Shown: positions 37,172-49,430 of the stretch, piece after piece
How the letters are laid out: each line of letters begins with the position of its first letter
Position numbering within the stretch: position 1 is the first letter of the stretch
Assembly: GCA_002269645.1 (NCBI GenBank)
Contig: NIVC01000293.1
Span: 511,307 to 575,306 of the forward strand
Source of the DNA: Macrostomum lignano
Taxonomy: Eukaryota
Reading direction: 5' to 3'
Length of the DNA stretch: 64,000 bases
Position numbers and translations under genes: made by a program
The notes under the pieces: model-generated
Seen by the model: only the letters and a program-made list of their open reading frames with translations
The model's database searches: none
Told to the model about the DNA's origin: nothing

Positions 37172-38102
37172 GTTAGTCTGTCTGTCTGTCTGCCCGTCTG
37201 CCTGTCTGTCTGTCTGCCTGCCTGTCTGTCTGTCTGTCTGCCTGTTTTTTTGTCTGTCTGCCTGCCTGTTTTTCCGTCTGCCTGCCTGTTTTTCCGTCTG
37301 TCTGTCTGTCTGTCTGTCTATCTGTTAGTCTGCCTGTCTGTCTGCCCGTCTGCCTGTCTGTCTGTCTGTCTGCCTGCCTGTCTGTCTGTCTGCCTGTTTT
37401 TTGTCTGTCTGCCTGCCTGTTTTTTGTCTGTCTGCCTGCCTGTTTTTCTGTCTGTCTGCCTGCCTGTTTTTCCGTCTGTCTGTCTGTCTGTCTGTCTATC
37501 TGTTAGTCTGCCTGTCTGTCTGTCTGCCTGTCTGTCTGTCTGCCTGCCTGTCTGTCTGCCTGCCTGTCTGTCTCTCTGTCTGTCTGTCTGTCTGCCTGCC
37601 TGTCGGTCTGTCTGCATTTTTCATGCCCAGTAGTATCTCATCAAATATCATAAATTTCTTATAACTGTATTCCTAACGACTATTTTCTCTCTGTGCCATT
37701 CTATTGCATCAAGCAAGCAAGCATCAAGCAAGCAAGCATCAATGCATCAAGCATAGTCATCAATCCAACTGTCCCAGTGTCTGCATGCACATCTTATTAG
37801 TGTACAGTGCAGTCATATAAGCTTAGTCCAGTGGTATCAATGCCAGCCCGAATCAGCACAAAGCATCAACTGCTAACCTCAAGAAGTACACCTGGCAGCT
37901 TTGGACGAAGGCACTGCACAACAGGATGACCAAATGTTAAATTTGGCACAAAGTGGCCATCCATGACATCCAGATGGAGAAAATCAGAACCAGCTGAAAT
38001 CATTCTGTTGCATTCCGAGTGTAGCTCGGCCAGGTCTGAGTTCAGAATGGAAGCAGCAACCTTCACTGGTGGTGAATGAGGCTGACACTGTTGCGGCTGC
38101 AT
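34224..38102 (-). CDS. RPE: Ribulose-phosphate 3-epimerase, 3 exons, ~248 aa
   Basis: Exons 38102-37878, 36501-36229, 34472-34224, all phase 0. Motifs [46 protein letters not shown] and GANVLVSGT; metal ligands are present. Confidence 0.95.
34525..36115. repeat. Hexamer-based satellite (GAGATT/GGGATT/ATTGAT/TTT..) with 946-bp duplication
   Basis: Fills RPE intron 2; the marker TAGAAATAGGGATTGATTCAGGGAGTAATAGGG occurs at ~34703 and ~35649. Confidence 0.9.
36585..37615. repeat. (TCTG)n-derived compound microsatellite
   Basis: RPE intron 1. Confidence 0.95.
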
Positions 38103-40126
38103 TAGGACTTGGTGTTTATTAAATATGAGCAAACTTAACAAGATAGTTTACCAATAGAAGATTTTCTCATGAATAAAAAGGTAATTTGCTTATTTCTCTA
38201 AGTATAATATTTAGGTCCTAACAAACAAGTATGCCATTTTATAATAGGGGTTAATAGGGAATAATAGGAATAAACTACGAGATTAGCTAATACATATATT
38301 ACTATATTATTATAAAAGCATATGCCTAGCTAAAAGCGGACAAGAAATAATATAATAATAGTGAAGTGTATTGAAAATTGGAAATGCATCTATAATTTTT
38401 TTAGATGTATGTATGCATATACATATGTTTTCATTCTTTGAACTTTTTGCATTGTATAAATGAAATTTTTGTTGCAGTAAACATTAATTATTGGGCCCAA
38501 TAACTGAAACCTTTTTTGATATATTTTTATATAGATAGGCCTAGGATTCATTCAAAATTGACCTTAATAGTGAAATAAAAATATGATGTAGTTTACAAGT
38601 ATTTATCAAAATTACTTCAATTTGTTTTATCTATATAGATACATATATACATATATACATACTATATTGGCATATAATCTTATATCTAAAGCTGAGTAGA
38701 CCAACTAGGTTTAAGTTTAATGTGTATCTCCCTCTAGATGACAGGCAACTCAAATGCCATAATTTAACAGTATTATCTCAAGTTAACAGAGGGAGTCTTG
38801 ATTGACTACAATTTAATAGAGATAGTATTGATATTAAATTGATAAGATGCAATTTATTAGAGGATTTTGATGAAGGATTCTTGTTTCACAGAGAGGATTT
38901 TGATAGATTTCAATTTCATAGAGAGTTAAAATGTGAAAGAAAAATGAATAGAAGAAAGAGAAAAAATTAAAAAAGAGAAAAAGATAAGAGAAGAAGGCAA
39001 GAAGAGAAATAAGAGCAAAGAGGAAAAGAGAAGAGACAATAGATTATACCAATTTTTCTAGTGCAAATCAACAATTTCTCTGACATATTTGCCACATTTA
39101 TAGTGCAGAACTGCATAGTTGGATGAATATAGGCCTATTCTATTAATTAGTAATTATTAGAATTTTGCTGATTATTGTAATATATAATTCTTTGCATCTT
39201 TTAGATGTCTTTGTATTATAATTATAGTAATAACAATAATAATAATAGATTACACCTGCCCCAATTGGGCCAGATGTGCAATTGACAGCTTAGCCGCAGT
39301 TACACATTTTGTCAAGTGAGAAGTCGGTTTCGTAGATAAGTAACATTTTAAAAAAGCAACTACAATAACAAAAAAAGATAAAGTATTTTATGTGACCTTA
39401 AAGTATAAAAAAGTTTTATAATTAGCAACTTTTATAGCTAAAAGATTATTATGTCTTTCTTTAACATATTTTTAAGTGGGAATAATCACAACGATAAATC
39501 ATTTTTTCTAAGACATCAATCATCATCCAGTCGTTAATCTAATATCACGACGACGGTTTTCTACTTTTCTAGTGATGATTTGCTTTTGCTAGTGTAGAAA
39601 AACTTTAAATAGACTAAATAGTCCTAAGCATTAATAGAGATCTAATTAAGATCTCAACAATAGTACGTGTTACTTTATATTTATATTTACGAAGTACATT
39701 CAATTTTATCGCCAGCTGATTCAATAAAACTTAAAAGTAGTCGTCAAAGTTAAAACTGGCGACATTGTTAGTCTAAATAGAAACTGCAAATTTACGTAGC
39801 ACTTCCATCTAATTTTCTCTTATAATAAATTGCTACTGAACAATATTCAGCTAATCAGCTCTACTACAGCTTAATATACATAGCCTAACATAGATGATTT
39901 TTCCTTCTTCAGATTGCTAATTTTCACTACACAACACTACACAAGCTGGACTAAACATTTTGTTTCGATTTTTTAACAATTTGTATTCTTTATAAATAAT
40001 ATAGTTCTGTTCAGAAGTAGTATTAAAGCTAAGCATCATTGTAATTTGTAGTCTGAAAGCAAAAAGTTTATAAACCTAAATTAAAACAAACTATTTCATG
40101 TGGAATGCAGTTTTGTAAAAAGAAAA

Positions 40127-43100
40127 ATGTCACTATTTGACTTTCAATCAAGAGAGGTTGTTCATGTCAAAGTAAAGGTAAGTGTCAGTAGTTTATTACT
40201 TTTTATCATAAACTAAATATACTTAATAAAGATAGTTACATTTCAATTCTACTAGGCAAAGTATTTCAAGCATTCCCATGGATGGAAGTTTAGTTGGATA
40301 GGCCCCTATAAAATTTAAGCAAAGTTGCCATGGGGACTATATATAATTCAACCTAATTTTTTTATTTAAAGTTTAGTAACAAAAAATGCCAAAATTAAAT
40401 TAATTAGGCCTATTAATTTAATTTAATTTAACTTTAGGATAATATATTTGCTTTATATCATAAATTCCTAGCCTAGATAAAGCTAATGTAATTATTAATA
40501 TTTAGCTGTATATAAGCCTTTTGTGCACAAGCAGAAAACAAGTCATTTTATTTATATAAATATTAAAGGATTTTTAGCATAAGACTTTTATATTCATACA
40601 TGTGCAACCTCCAAAATTCGGTCGGCCATGTGACTTAGTTTTAACAAAAATGCAACATAGTTTTTGGCCAAAAATGTGACTTACATATAAAAAACCCTAA
40701 GACAAAATTAATGCAACTTTAGGTAAATGGCAGGAGTAACTATGACTGTCTTATTAAGTTGAAATGTCTCATCAGCTACTTGGTACTACTACTTTGGTAT
40801 TTTTTCGGGTGGGCATTTTTGCGACTTCCTTGGTTAGCCACCAAATCAGTTGGCCAGATTGGCCGACTATTGGCAGTATTGCGCATGTATGTTTATATTA
40901 ATCAAATTTATATAGCAAAAGAATATAAATATTTGAATAATTATCTTTAATATCCATTAGCACTCATATAGGTAGCACTATATTTAAGAAAAAATATCTT
41001 TATTATTAAGTTTTTTATTATTAATTTAGTTCAATATACAATCATTAGGAGTTTACTATGTTTTTACTAGTAAAACAAGATCTTTAAACTAACTTTGTTG
41101 ATACAAATAAAATCAAGGTTTCAATAAAAAGCTTAGCCAAGATAGGGAGGGGGGCTAAAGACTTGCCCCCCCAGAGAGGGAATTTTTTATTGCCTTTGTA
41201 TTTTGCTTCTATGGCTAATGTCAAAGATAGATTAATATTATTTGTCCCCCTATGACATGAATCCTGGCTATGCACCTAGTTTCAATTATAAATTAAATTA
41301 AATATAACATGTAATGATACAAAATACAGGTATATCAAAATTTCATTAAAACCAATGCATTTATTTTAGTTGTGCAGTTCAACTGATGATGCAGTATACA
41401 AGAAGTTTAGCATTGATCCTGGCATCACAACCTTTGAAGTACTACAGCGACTTTTGTCTAGAGCATTTGATATCAAGTGGTAAGTTAAATCTTATTGCTC
41501 AATAGGATTCCCATCAATGCAATCCCAATTCAAGTCAGATTTGGGGATGTGGGATTTGAATCCCATTGTCAGAGTTGGGATTTGAATCCCATCTGTCAGA
41601 GTTGGGATTTGAATCCCATCTGTCAGAGTTGGGATTTGAATCCCATCTGTCAGAGTTGCGATTTGAATCCCATCTGTCAGAGTTGGGATTTGAATCCCAT
41701 CTGTCAGAGTTGGGATTTGAATTCCATCTGTCAGAGTTGGGATTTGAATCCCATCTTTCAGATCGGGACATGTGGATTTAGTACATCCTTTCTCTCTGCC
41801 TTCGTTTTTCACTTTCTATGCTTTGTTTAATTTTCCAGCGACTTTACCATATCCTACCTGGTGACAGATGACATTGGGGAGAAGGTCTACCTATCTATGC
41901 TGTCAGACTGGGATCTTGATGCGGCTATACTTAGCGCTTCAGATCCCATTCTAAGGCTGAAGATAACATTGAGGAATTTTGACAATGCAACTCATGGTAA
42001 GGTTATAAAATTTTGTTTTTAATGAGCAAATGAAAAATGTCCTTTCCTGATTTTTCATACTTTTTGTTTGCACAAGCGCTGCTTAATTTCTATTGAGGTT
42101 CCTTTATTTTTATTTACTAATTGCACAGCAACTCATGGTAAGTGACTGTGACTGATGATGGAAACCTTCAGTACAAAAATAATGATATTATGCAACTTTG
42201 ATATTAATCAAAATGCTTTTCTGTTGTACGAGGCCAGAGGTGAATTTATCTACAAAGATAAATCTAGTGTTGCACAGTTACATACTTGCATAGGCTGTTA
42301 TATAGTACTTTTGTATATAAGTAGTATGTTAAAATATGACAATTTATAATTAAATAATTAATTTCAGGCCTAGATAGTGGAGTATTCACCTTTCACCAGT
42401 CGTACAATCAGAGCTTTGAAGACGGGCTCAATCACGAGGATGAGTCTAAAATGGCTTGTAAATAATCTCGCTATAATATACGTATAAAAATGAGACTAAT
42501 AAGAATTAATTATTTGCCGTGCACTTTAAAGGGGTGAATTTGCGTGCTTTTTTATGGAACAACTGCTACTCTCACAGCTTTGAGTTTTGACTTTTCACTT
42601 TTGCGCTATTTTTACTTTTCACCAGTTTTTCCCACAGTTACAACAGAAATTGTTCTCGTTACAGTTGGTTGCAGCTTTAACTCAACTTTAATTGAATGCT
42701 TTAGGACATTGTAATAAAGCATTGCTTTTTTGCTGTTATATTGGCGTGTTTCTTAATTGTTGGTTTGGGTATGGCGGTGCTGCCATGTTAAGATTTTTAC
42801 AAAATTAGTTATTTTGTTTATTGTTTTTTTTCGCTATTATTCATATTTATCGAGAAGATAAAATTTAGTGTAGCTTATATCTATCTAAATCATACTTTAT
42901 TAAATCCGATATGTATCGAAAGTATACTTAATCGTAGCCGATATGTATTGAAAAGATACTTTAGTAAAGCCGATATAAATTATAGGATATTTTTGCTAAG
43001 CTAAAATGTATCGAAAGTGTACTTTAGCGTGGCCGATACGTATATAGAAGGGATACTTTAAAGTAGCCGATATGTATCCAAAGGATACTTTAGCGTAGCT

Positions 43101-46100
43101 GATATGTATCGAAAGTATACTTTAGCGTAGCTGATATGTATCGAAAGTATACTTTAGCGTAGCCGATATGCATCGAAAGTATACTTTAGCGTAGCTGATA
43201 TGTATGGAAGAGATATGCTCGTATCAATACTTTAAAGTTGCCGATAGGTATCGAAAGTATACTTAAGCGTAACCGATATGTATCGGAAGGTGATAGTTTA
43301 TCCGAACCGAAATGTATCGAAAAAATAATTAACAATAAAAAAAATCGACAGGCATGGACAAAGATTGGGATATCATATCCCGAGGCGAGCTGCCGCTTCA
43401 GTCCCAAGCCGGTCTGTTGGCTCTTCAGCGACAACAACAGAAAGAGCAGCAGCAACAACAACAGCAGCAAAATCACCAAGTGGCCTTATCGAATAGTTCC
43501 AGCGTTGTTGCCAATGGCAACAGCAGCGTCAGCCAGCAGCCGCCGCAGCAGCAGTCGTCAAGTTCAGGCGGCAGCGGGCCCAGTCAGTTCTTCTCTCAGT
43601 TGGGCAGCCACGTCGGCAAGTCGATGATCACGCAGATGCAGAAAGCGGTTGGCGGCTGGAAGCTTTTGCCCGAGCTGAATTTGCCCAGCAGCAGCTCGTC
43701 CGGTCCGGCGCTTCCGTTCGCTCGTCAGGACGCGATGTCGGCTCCGCCAAGGCCGCCTGTGTCTGACAGGGAGTTCCAATCGCATCTGGACTCGGCTGGG
43801 CGGGTGCGCGACTTCTGGGCGTTGAAGCAGGCCGTGTTTCTGGGAGGCCTGGATCCTTCGCTGAGAAAGGTCGGAGAACGGCAATCTAAGTTGTTAATTT
43901 AAACAAATAATTTTTTTAAAAAATTGACAGCAGTTTCTTTTTTTGACTGCACTATAATAGTTTTTTCAGATTTTTGGTGCTAATTAAAACTTTATTTATT
44001 TTGGCGCCATTTTAAATTTCTTTTTTGGCACCAATTTAAATTTCTTTTTTGGCACCAATTTAAATTTCTCGGTTTTGGAACCATTTTTCCAATTATTTGA
44101 TTTTGACACCAGTTCCAACATCTTGATTTGGTGCCAATTCAATCTTTTAGTTTCAAATTTACCAATTCAAATTTTAGGTTTTAGCCCCAATTTAAATGTA
44201 TCGATTTTGGCACCAATTCAAATTTCTAAGTTTTAGCGCCAATTTAAACTACTAGATTTTGGTGCCAATTCAAATTTGACTCAAATTACTTTTGCGTTAT
44301 TTTCAGATTAAATGAGAAAACTTTAGAAGCATCCATAAAGCACAATCAATTTAATTCTTGGCTACAGGTTGCTTGGCGCCTTCTGCTTCCGGTGTTCCCC
44401 AAGGGCAGCACCGGTCAGGAGCGCATTGCCTTCATGAAGCGCTCAGCTCAGCGCTACTTCGAAATGAAGCGCTGCTGGAAGGAGACTTACGCAGCGGGTC
44501 AGATGAGTCAGGCGCATCTGGCTCTGATCACAGCTATTAGCAAGGATGTTATTAGAACTGATCGAGGTGCGTTCGTGCTCCATTCTTGTAACATCCATTA
44601 TTTTATTATCTTGATTCTGGTTATGCTTCTGTGTCTTGTGTTCTGGGGAGAATTACACGAAATTTTACTGCAGCTTTTGGTCAGTTGTAAACACAAATCT
44701 ATGTAGTCTGTCTGCTTTGATCTCTTCCTCTCTTCCTTCTCTGTCCTTTTTCTCTTCTCTCCATTCATTTCTCCCTTCACTCTATGCCCTTCATTTCTTC
44801 TCTTCGTCTCTTCCCTTCTTCTCTTCCCTTTTTCTCTTCCCTTCATCTGTTCCCTTCTTCTCTTCCCTTCTTCTCTTCCCTTCATCTGTTCCCTTCATCT
44901 GTTCCCTTCTCTTCCCTTCTTCTCTTCCCTTCTTCTCTTCCCTTCTTCTCTTCCCTTCTTCTCTTCCCTTCTTCTCTTCCCTTCTTCTCTTCCCTTCATC
45001 TGTTCCCTTCATCTCTTCCCTTCTCTTCCCTTCTTCTCTTCCCTTCATCTGTTCCCTTCATCTCTTCCCTTCTCTTCCCTTCTTCTCTTCCCTTCTTCTC
45101 TTCCCTTCATCTCTTCCCTTCATCTCACCCATTCTTCTCTTCCCTTCTTCTCTTCCCTTCATCTGTTTCCTTCTTCTCTTCCCTTCATCTGTTCCCTTCT
45201 TCTCTTCCCTTCATCTGTTCCCTTCTTCTCTTCCCTTCATCTGTTCCCTTCTTCTCTTTCCTTCATCTGTTATCTTCTTCTCTTCCCTTCATCTGTTCCC
45301 TTCTTCTCTTCCCTTCATCTGTTCCCTTCTTCTCTTCCCTTCATCTGTTCCCTTCTTCTCTTCCCTTCATCTGTTCCCTTCTTCTCTTCCCTTCATCTGT
45401 TCCCTTCTTCTCTTCCCTTCATCTGTTCCCTTCTTCTCTTCCCTTCATCTGTTCCCTTTTTTCTCTTCCCTTCTCTTCCCTTCTTCTCTTCCCTTCTTCT
45501 CTTTCCTTCATCTGTTCCTTTCGTATTTTTCCTTCATCCCTTTCTTACTGCGCATATTTTGTTTGCCATTTATCATACTTTAATTCACCATCATCGTGAG
45601 GTTGTAGTGAACCTAAGTTTGTATACAGGCTCCTTTATCTTCAATGCTTAATTTTGCTTTAATTCATTTCTTTATATCACCTACCAAAACGATAGCATAG
45701 TACGCTATCGTACTCGTATTACTCAATGTCAATTACCATTGATAATGATTATTAAATTTATAATAACCGTTAGTTTGTATAATCGTACTAAATATAATCT
45801 GAAATTAAAACGAACACAGACCAGTCGTATTATGCCTATCCGTCGGTTAATAACCCGAGCCAATTAACTCACCTGCACCTGATGAGCCTGTTGCGAAATG
45901 GCTACAGCGGACCGCATCAATCTGCGGCAGCGAAATTTAATGATCACTTGGATTCAGGTGTTTTGCCGCTGCGATGTCAATTTTGAGTTTCATTAAGTAG
46001 AGAATTTGATTCATTATCCCCAGGTGTTACTTTTATTCATGATTACTGTTTTATGCAAAATTGTGAATTCTTTACAACTTCCAGTTGCGTCTCTCTCCAC

Positions 46101-48832
46101 CCTCTCACTTCTGTCACTCTCCACCCCTCAGCTCTGTTCTGTCACTCTCCACCCTCTCACTTCTGTCACTCTCCACCCCTCAGCTCTGTTCTGTCACTCT
46201 CCACCCTCTCACTTCTGTCACTCTCCACCCCTCAGCTCTGTTCTGTCACTCTCCACCCTCTCACTTCTGTCACTCTCCACCCCTCAGCTCTGTTCTGTCA
46301 CTCTCCACCCTCTCACTTCTGTCACTCTCCACCCCTCAGCTCTGTTCTGTCACTCTCCACCCTCTCACTTCTGTCACTCTCCACCCCCTCAGTTCTGTCA
46401 CTCTCCACCCCCTCAGTTCTATCACTCTCCACCCCCTCAGCTCTGTCACTCTCCGCCCCCTCAGTTCTGTCACTCTCCACCCCCTCAGTTCTGTCACTCT
46501 CCACCCCCTCAGTTCTATCACTCTCCCCCCTCTTAGTTCTGTCACTCTCCACCCCCTCAATACTGTCACTCTCCATACTCTCACTTCCGTCACTCCCCAT
46601 ACTCTCACTTCCGTCACTCCCCATACTCTCATTTCCGTCACTCCCCATACTCTCACTTCCGTCACTCCCCATACTCTCACTTCCGTCACTCCCCATACTC
46701 TCATTTCCGTCACTCCCCATACTCTCACTTCCGTCACTCCCCATACTCTCACTTCCGTCACTCCCCATACTCTCACTTCCGTCACTCCCCATACTCTCAC
46801 TTCCGTCACTCCCCATACTCTCACTTCCGTCACTCCCCATACTCTCACTTCCGTCACTCCCCATACTCTCACTTCCGTCACTCCCCATACTCTCACTTCC
46901 GTCACTCCCCATACTCTCACTTCCGTCACTCCCCATACTCTCACTTCTTTCACTCTCTCCCTCATTCCGTCACGCTCTCCCTCATCCTATCACTATCCCT
47001 CATTACGTCACTCTCCTTTATTCCGTCACTCTCCTTCATTCCGTCACTCTCTCCCAAATTTCCGTCACTCTCTCCCACACTCCGTCACTCTCTCCCACAT
47101 TTCCGTCACTCTCTCCCTCATTCCGTCACTCTTTTCATGGTTTTAAAAATGATTTTAACAAAGGTAAGTAATGTTAAATTATTTTCAGCTTTCACTATAG
47201 CCAACTAATTAGAGTTTTACTCCCCGATACTCTTATTTGAAATGAATTGATTTGCATCCTTTAAATCATCATTGAGTAAAAACACAGTAAATGAATTTGA
47301 ATATCTTGACTCTACTCTTGCCTACTAACTAAGTAGACAAATAAGCATCTGTAGCTAATATTGTATTTTATATTAACATTCTATTAGCTCGTATATTGAT
47401 TATTGATTTGCGTTTTTTTAAATACTCCAACAGGTCACCCGTTCTATTCCGGCGGCAACGGCAACGTAGCCACAGGCGGGAGTATGGCTGACGCAGCTGA
47501 GAGCGAATATTCTCCGCATATTCTGCAGCTGTTCGACCTTCTAGTGACCTACGCTATTTATCACCCGTCTGTTGGCTACGCCCAGGGTTAGAAAAGAGTT
47601 TGTTACTCTGCTAGGGATTGAGTCTGTCACTCTGCTAGGGATTGAGTCTGTCACTCTGCTAGGGATTGAGTCTGTCACTCTTCTAGGGATTGAGTCTGTC
47701 ACTCTCCTAGGGATTGAGTCTGTCACTCTCCTAGGGATTGAGTCTTTCACTTCTAGGGATTGAGTCAGTCACTCCTCGAGTCTGTCACTCTTCTTGAGTC
47801 GGTCACTATTCTTGAATCTGTCACTCTTAGGGATTAATTAGGGAGTCTGTCACACTCTTATTAGGCTTGAGTGAGTTCACCCCATGCTATGGTCAAATCT
47901 GTCACTCAATCTTCCTAATAAAACTTGTCACCCCGCTGGCCTCAGGCTAGATAAATCATTTCTACAGCTGTACAATCACACAATTACTCCTCGTTGACGT
48001 TCCCGCAGGTATGAGCGACTTGGCAAGCCCTCTACTAGTGGTGCAGAAAGACGAGGCCTACGCGTACATCTGTTTCTGCGCCCTGATGTGCCGAACCATG
48101 GACAATTTCCGACGCGAGTCAACAGCTATGCTGACCAAATTCCAGCACCTTCACGACCTCATCGTGCACATGGACGCGGAACTGGCGGCGTTCCTTCGCT
48201 GCCACGGCTTGGCCGATATGTTCTTCACGCATCGCTGGCTGCTGTTGGAAATGAAGCGCGAATTTCAATTCGATGACACTCTGAGAATGCTGGAGGTTCA
48301 GTGGGCTGGGCTGCCGCACCTGTTCACCTTTCCCAAGAGTGCCGATGGTGTACCGCTGCAGGAGGATGCCTGCATCGGTGTGGCTTCTCCAGCCTCCGCC
48401 AGCACCAGCGCCGCGGCCGCCGTGTCTCCGCCGTCGCCGAAGGACACTCCCTACCTCCGACTGCAGTCCATGCTGAGACAGTCTCGCGAGGAAGCCTCCG
48501 CTGCCGCTTCTAGTGGCGCCTCGGCCACGGCCGCCGTGGTGCTGAAAGACGGCGTCGTTGAGCTGCCACCGCCCGAGGTTCTGGGCTGCGGCAACCCCTT
48601 CCTGCTGTTCATGTGCGCCAGCATGCTGCAGGAGCATCGTGACCGGGTGATGCGTTCCTGTCACGATATGTGCGAGATTGTCATGCACTTTAATCGGCTG
48701 ATTCGGAGTCACAATCTTGGCGCAATTCTTAATCGAGCCAGACAGATGTACACCGAGTACATGGAGGCCCAGGATGACAAGTTTTCTTTGGCTTTAACTA
48801 GCGGAGCTCAGTTGGCTGGGTCATCTAATTGA
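40127..48832 (+). CDS. TBC1D25: TBC-domain Rab GAP TBC1D25/OATL1-like, 7 core exons, ~670 aa
   Basis: Exons 40127-40177, 41370-41479, 41839-41996, 43352-43869, 44368-44566, 47434-47586, 48009-48832 with consistent phases. N-terminal REVVHVKVK..FSIDPGITTFEVLQRLLSRAF..YLSMLSDWDL, LIR-like DWDII, Arg finger KDVIRTDR, Gln finger YAQGMSDL, and FTHRWLLLEMKREF. Confidence 0.92.
40722..40784 (+). pseudogene. Degenerate 28S rRNA fragment in TBC1D25 intron 1
   Basis: GGTAAATGGCAGGAGTAACTATGACTGTCTTA....AAATGTCTCATCAGCTACTT aligns without gaps to the conserved eukaryotic LSU sequence GGTAAACGGCGGGAGTAACTATGACTCTCTTAAGGTAGCCAAATGCCTCGTCATCTAATT (47/63 by hand, reference recalled from memory). Confidence 0.65.
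41131..41273. mobile_element. Small degenerate MITE
   Basis: Inverted termini GCTTAGCCAAGAT / ATCCTGGCTATGC (11/13) followed inward by G-runs. The terminus style resembles 23424-23465. Confidence 0.4.
41530..41760. repeat. 27-bp quasi-palindromic minisatellite (TCAGAGTTGGGATTTGAATCCCATCTG)n
   Basis: TBC1D25 intron 2, ~8 units. Confidence 0.9.
42905..43320. repeat. 32-bp double-palindrome minisatellite (CGATATGTATCG AAAGTATACTTT AGCGTAGC)n
   Basis: TBC1D25 intron 3, ~12 degenerate units. Confidence 0.88.
43980..44270. repeat. Degenerate ~22-bp repeat (TTTTGGCACCAATTTAAATT..)
   Basis: TBC1D25 intron 4. Confidence 0.7.
44715..45530. repeat. CT-rich minisatellite (CTTCTCTTCCCTTCATCTGTTCC)n
   Basis: TBC1D25 intron 5. 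Confidence 0.9.
46090..47130. repeat. Graded minisatellite (CTGTCACTCTCCACCC.. to 24-bp CCGTCACTCCCCATACTCTCACTT)
   Basis: TBC1D25 intron 5; the unit changes progressively along the array. Confidence 0.9.
47600..47830. repeat. 24-bp minisatellite (CTAGGGATTGAGTCTGTCACTCTN)n
   Basis: Starts just after the exon 6 donor of TBC1D25. Confidence 0.88.
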
Positions 48833-49004
48833 TGCTTGACGCTATTTTCTTTTAAGTCTGTCACTTTGTCTGAGAGAAATGGTCGATTTTTCAAGTTCCA
48901 AAATAATAATGATTTTCTTTTGTTTGTTCAAAAGTTTCAGTTGTGATATGAGTTTTTGTTTGTATGCATTGCTGATAATAACCTAATAAAATAGTCTTAT
49001 CTAG

Positions 49005-49430
49005 CTATCATACGCTGTCTAAAAATAGCAACACTATTTTCATTCTCTAGTTAGCATACGCTGTGTCTAAAAATAGCAACAGTGTTGTCATTATCTCACC
49101 AGCGTACGCTGTGTCTAAAAATAGCAAGTGTTTTCATTTTTTAGTCAGCGTACCCGTGTCTAAAAATAACATCAGTGTCATTATCTAGCCAGCGTACGCT
49201 GTGTCTAAAAATAGCAACAGTGTTTTGATTATTTAATCAGCATACGCTGTGTCTAAAAATAGCAAGTGTTTTCATTTTTTAGTCAGCGTACCCGTGTCTA
49301 AAAATAACATCAGTGTTTTGATTATTTAATCAGAATACGCTGTGTCTAAAAATAGCAACAGTGTCATTATCTCACCAGCGTACGAGCGTATGCTGTGTCT
49401 AAAAATAGCAACATCGTACGCTATACGTAT
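49005..49430. repeat. ~40-bp degenerate tandem repeat (ACGCTGTGTCTAAAAATAGCAAC..)
   Basis: Downstream of the TBC1D25 stop. Confidence 0.8.

Noticed and set aside
45879-45898. Hammerhead-like core CTGATGAG..CGAAA
   Set aside because: Stem II is only 2 bp. A 5-bp stem III (TGGCT/AGCCA) is possible, but the NUH site is out of register and no stem I forms in either topology.
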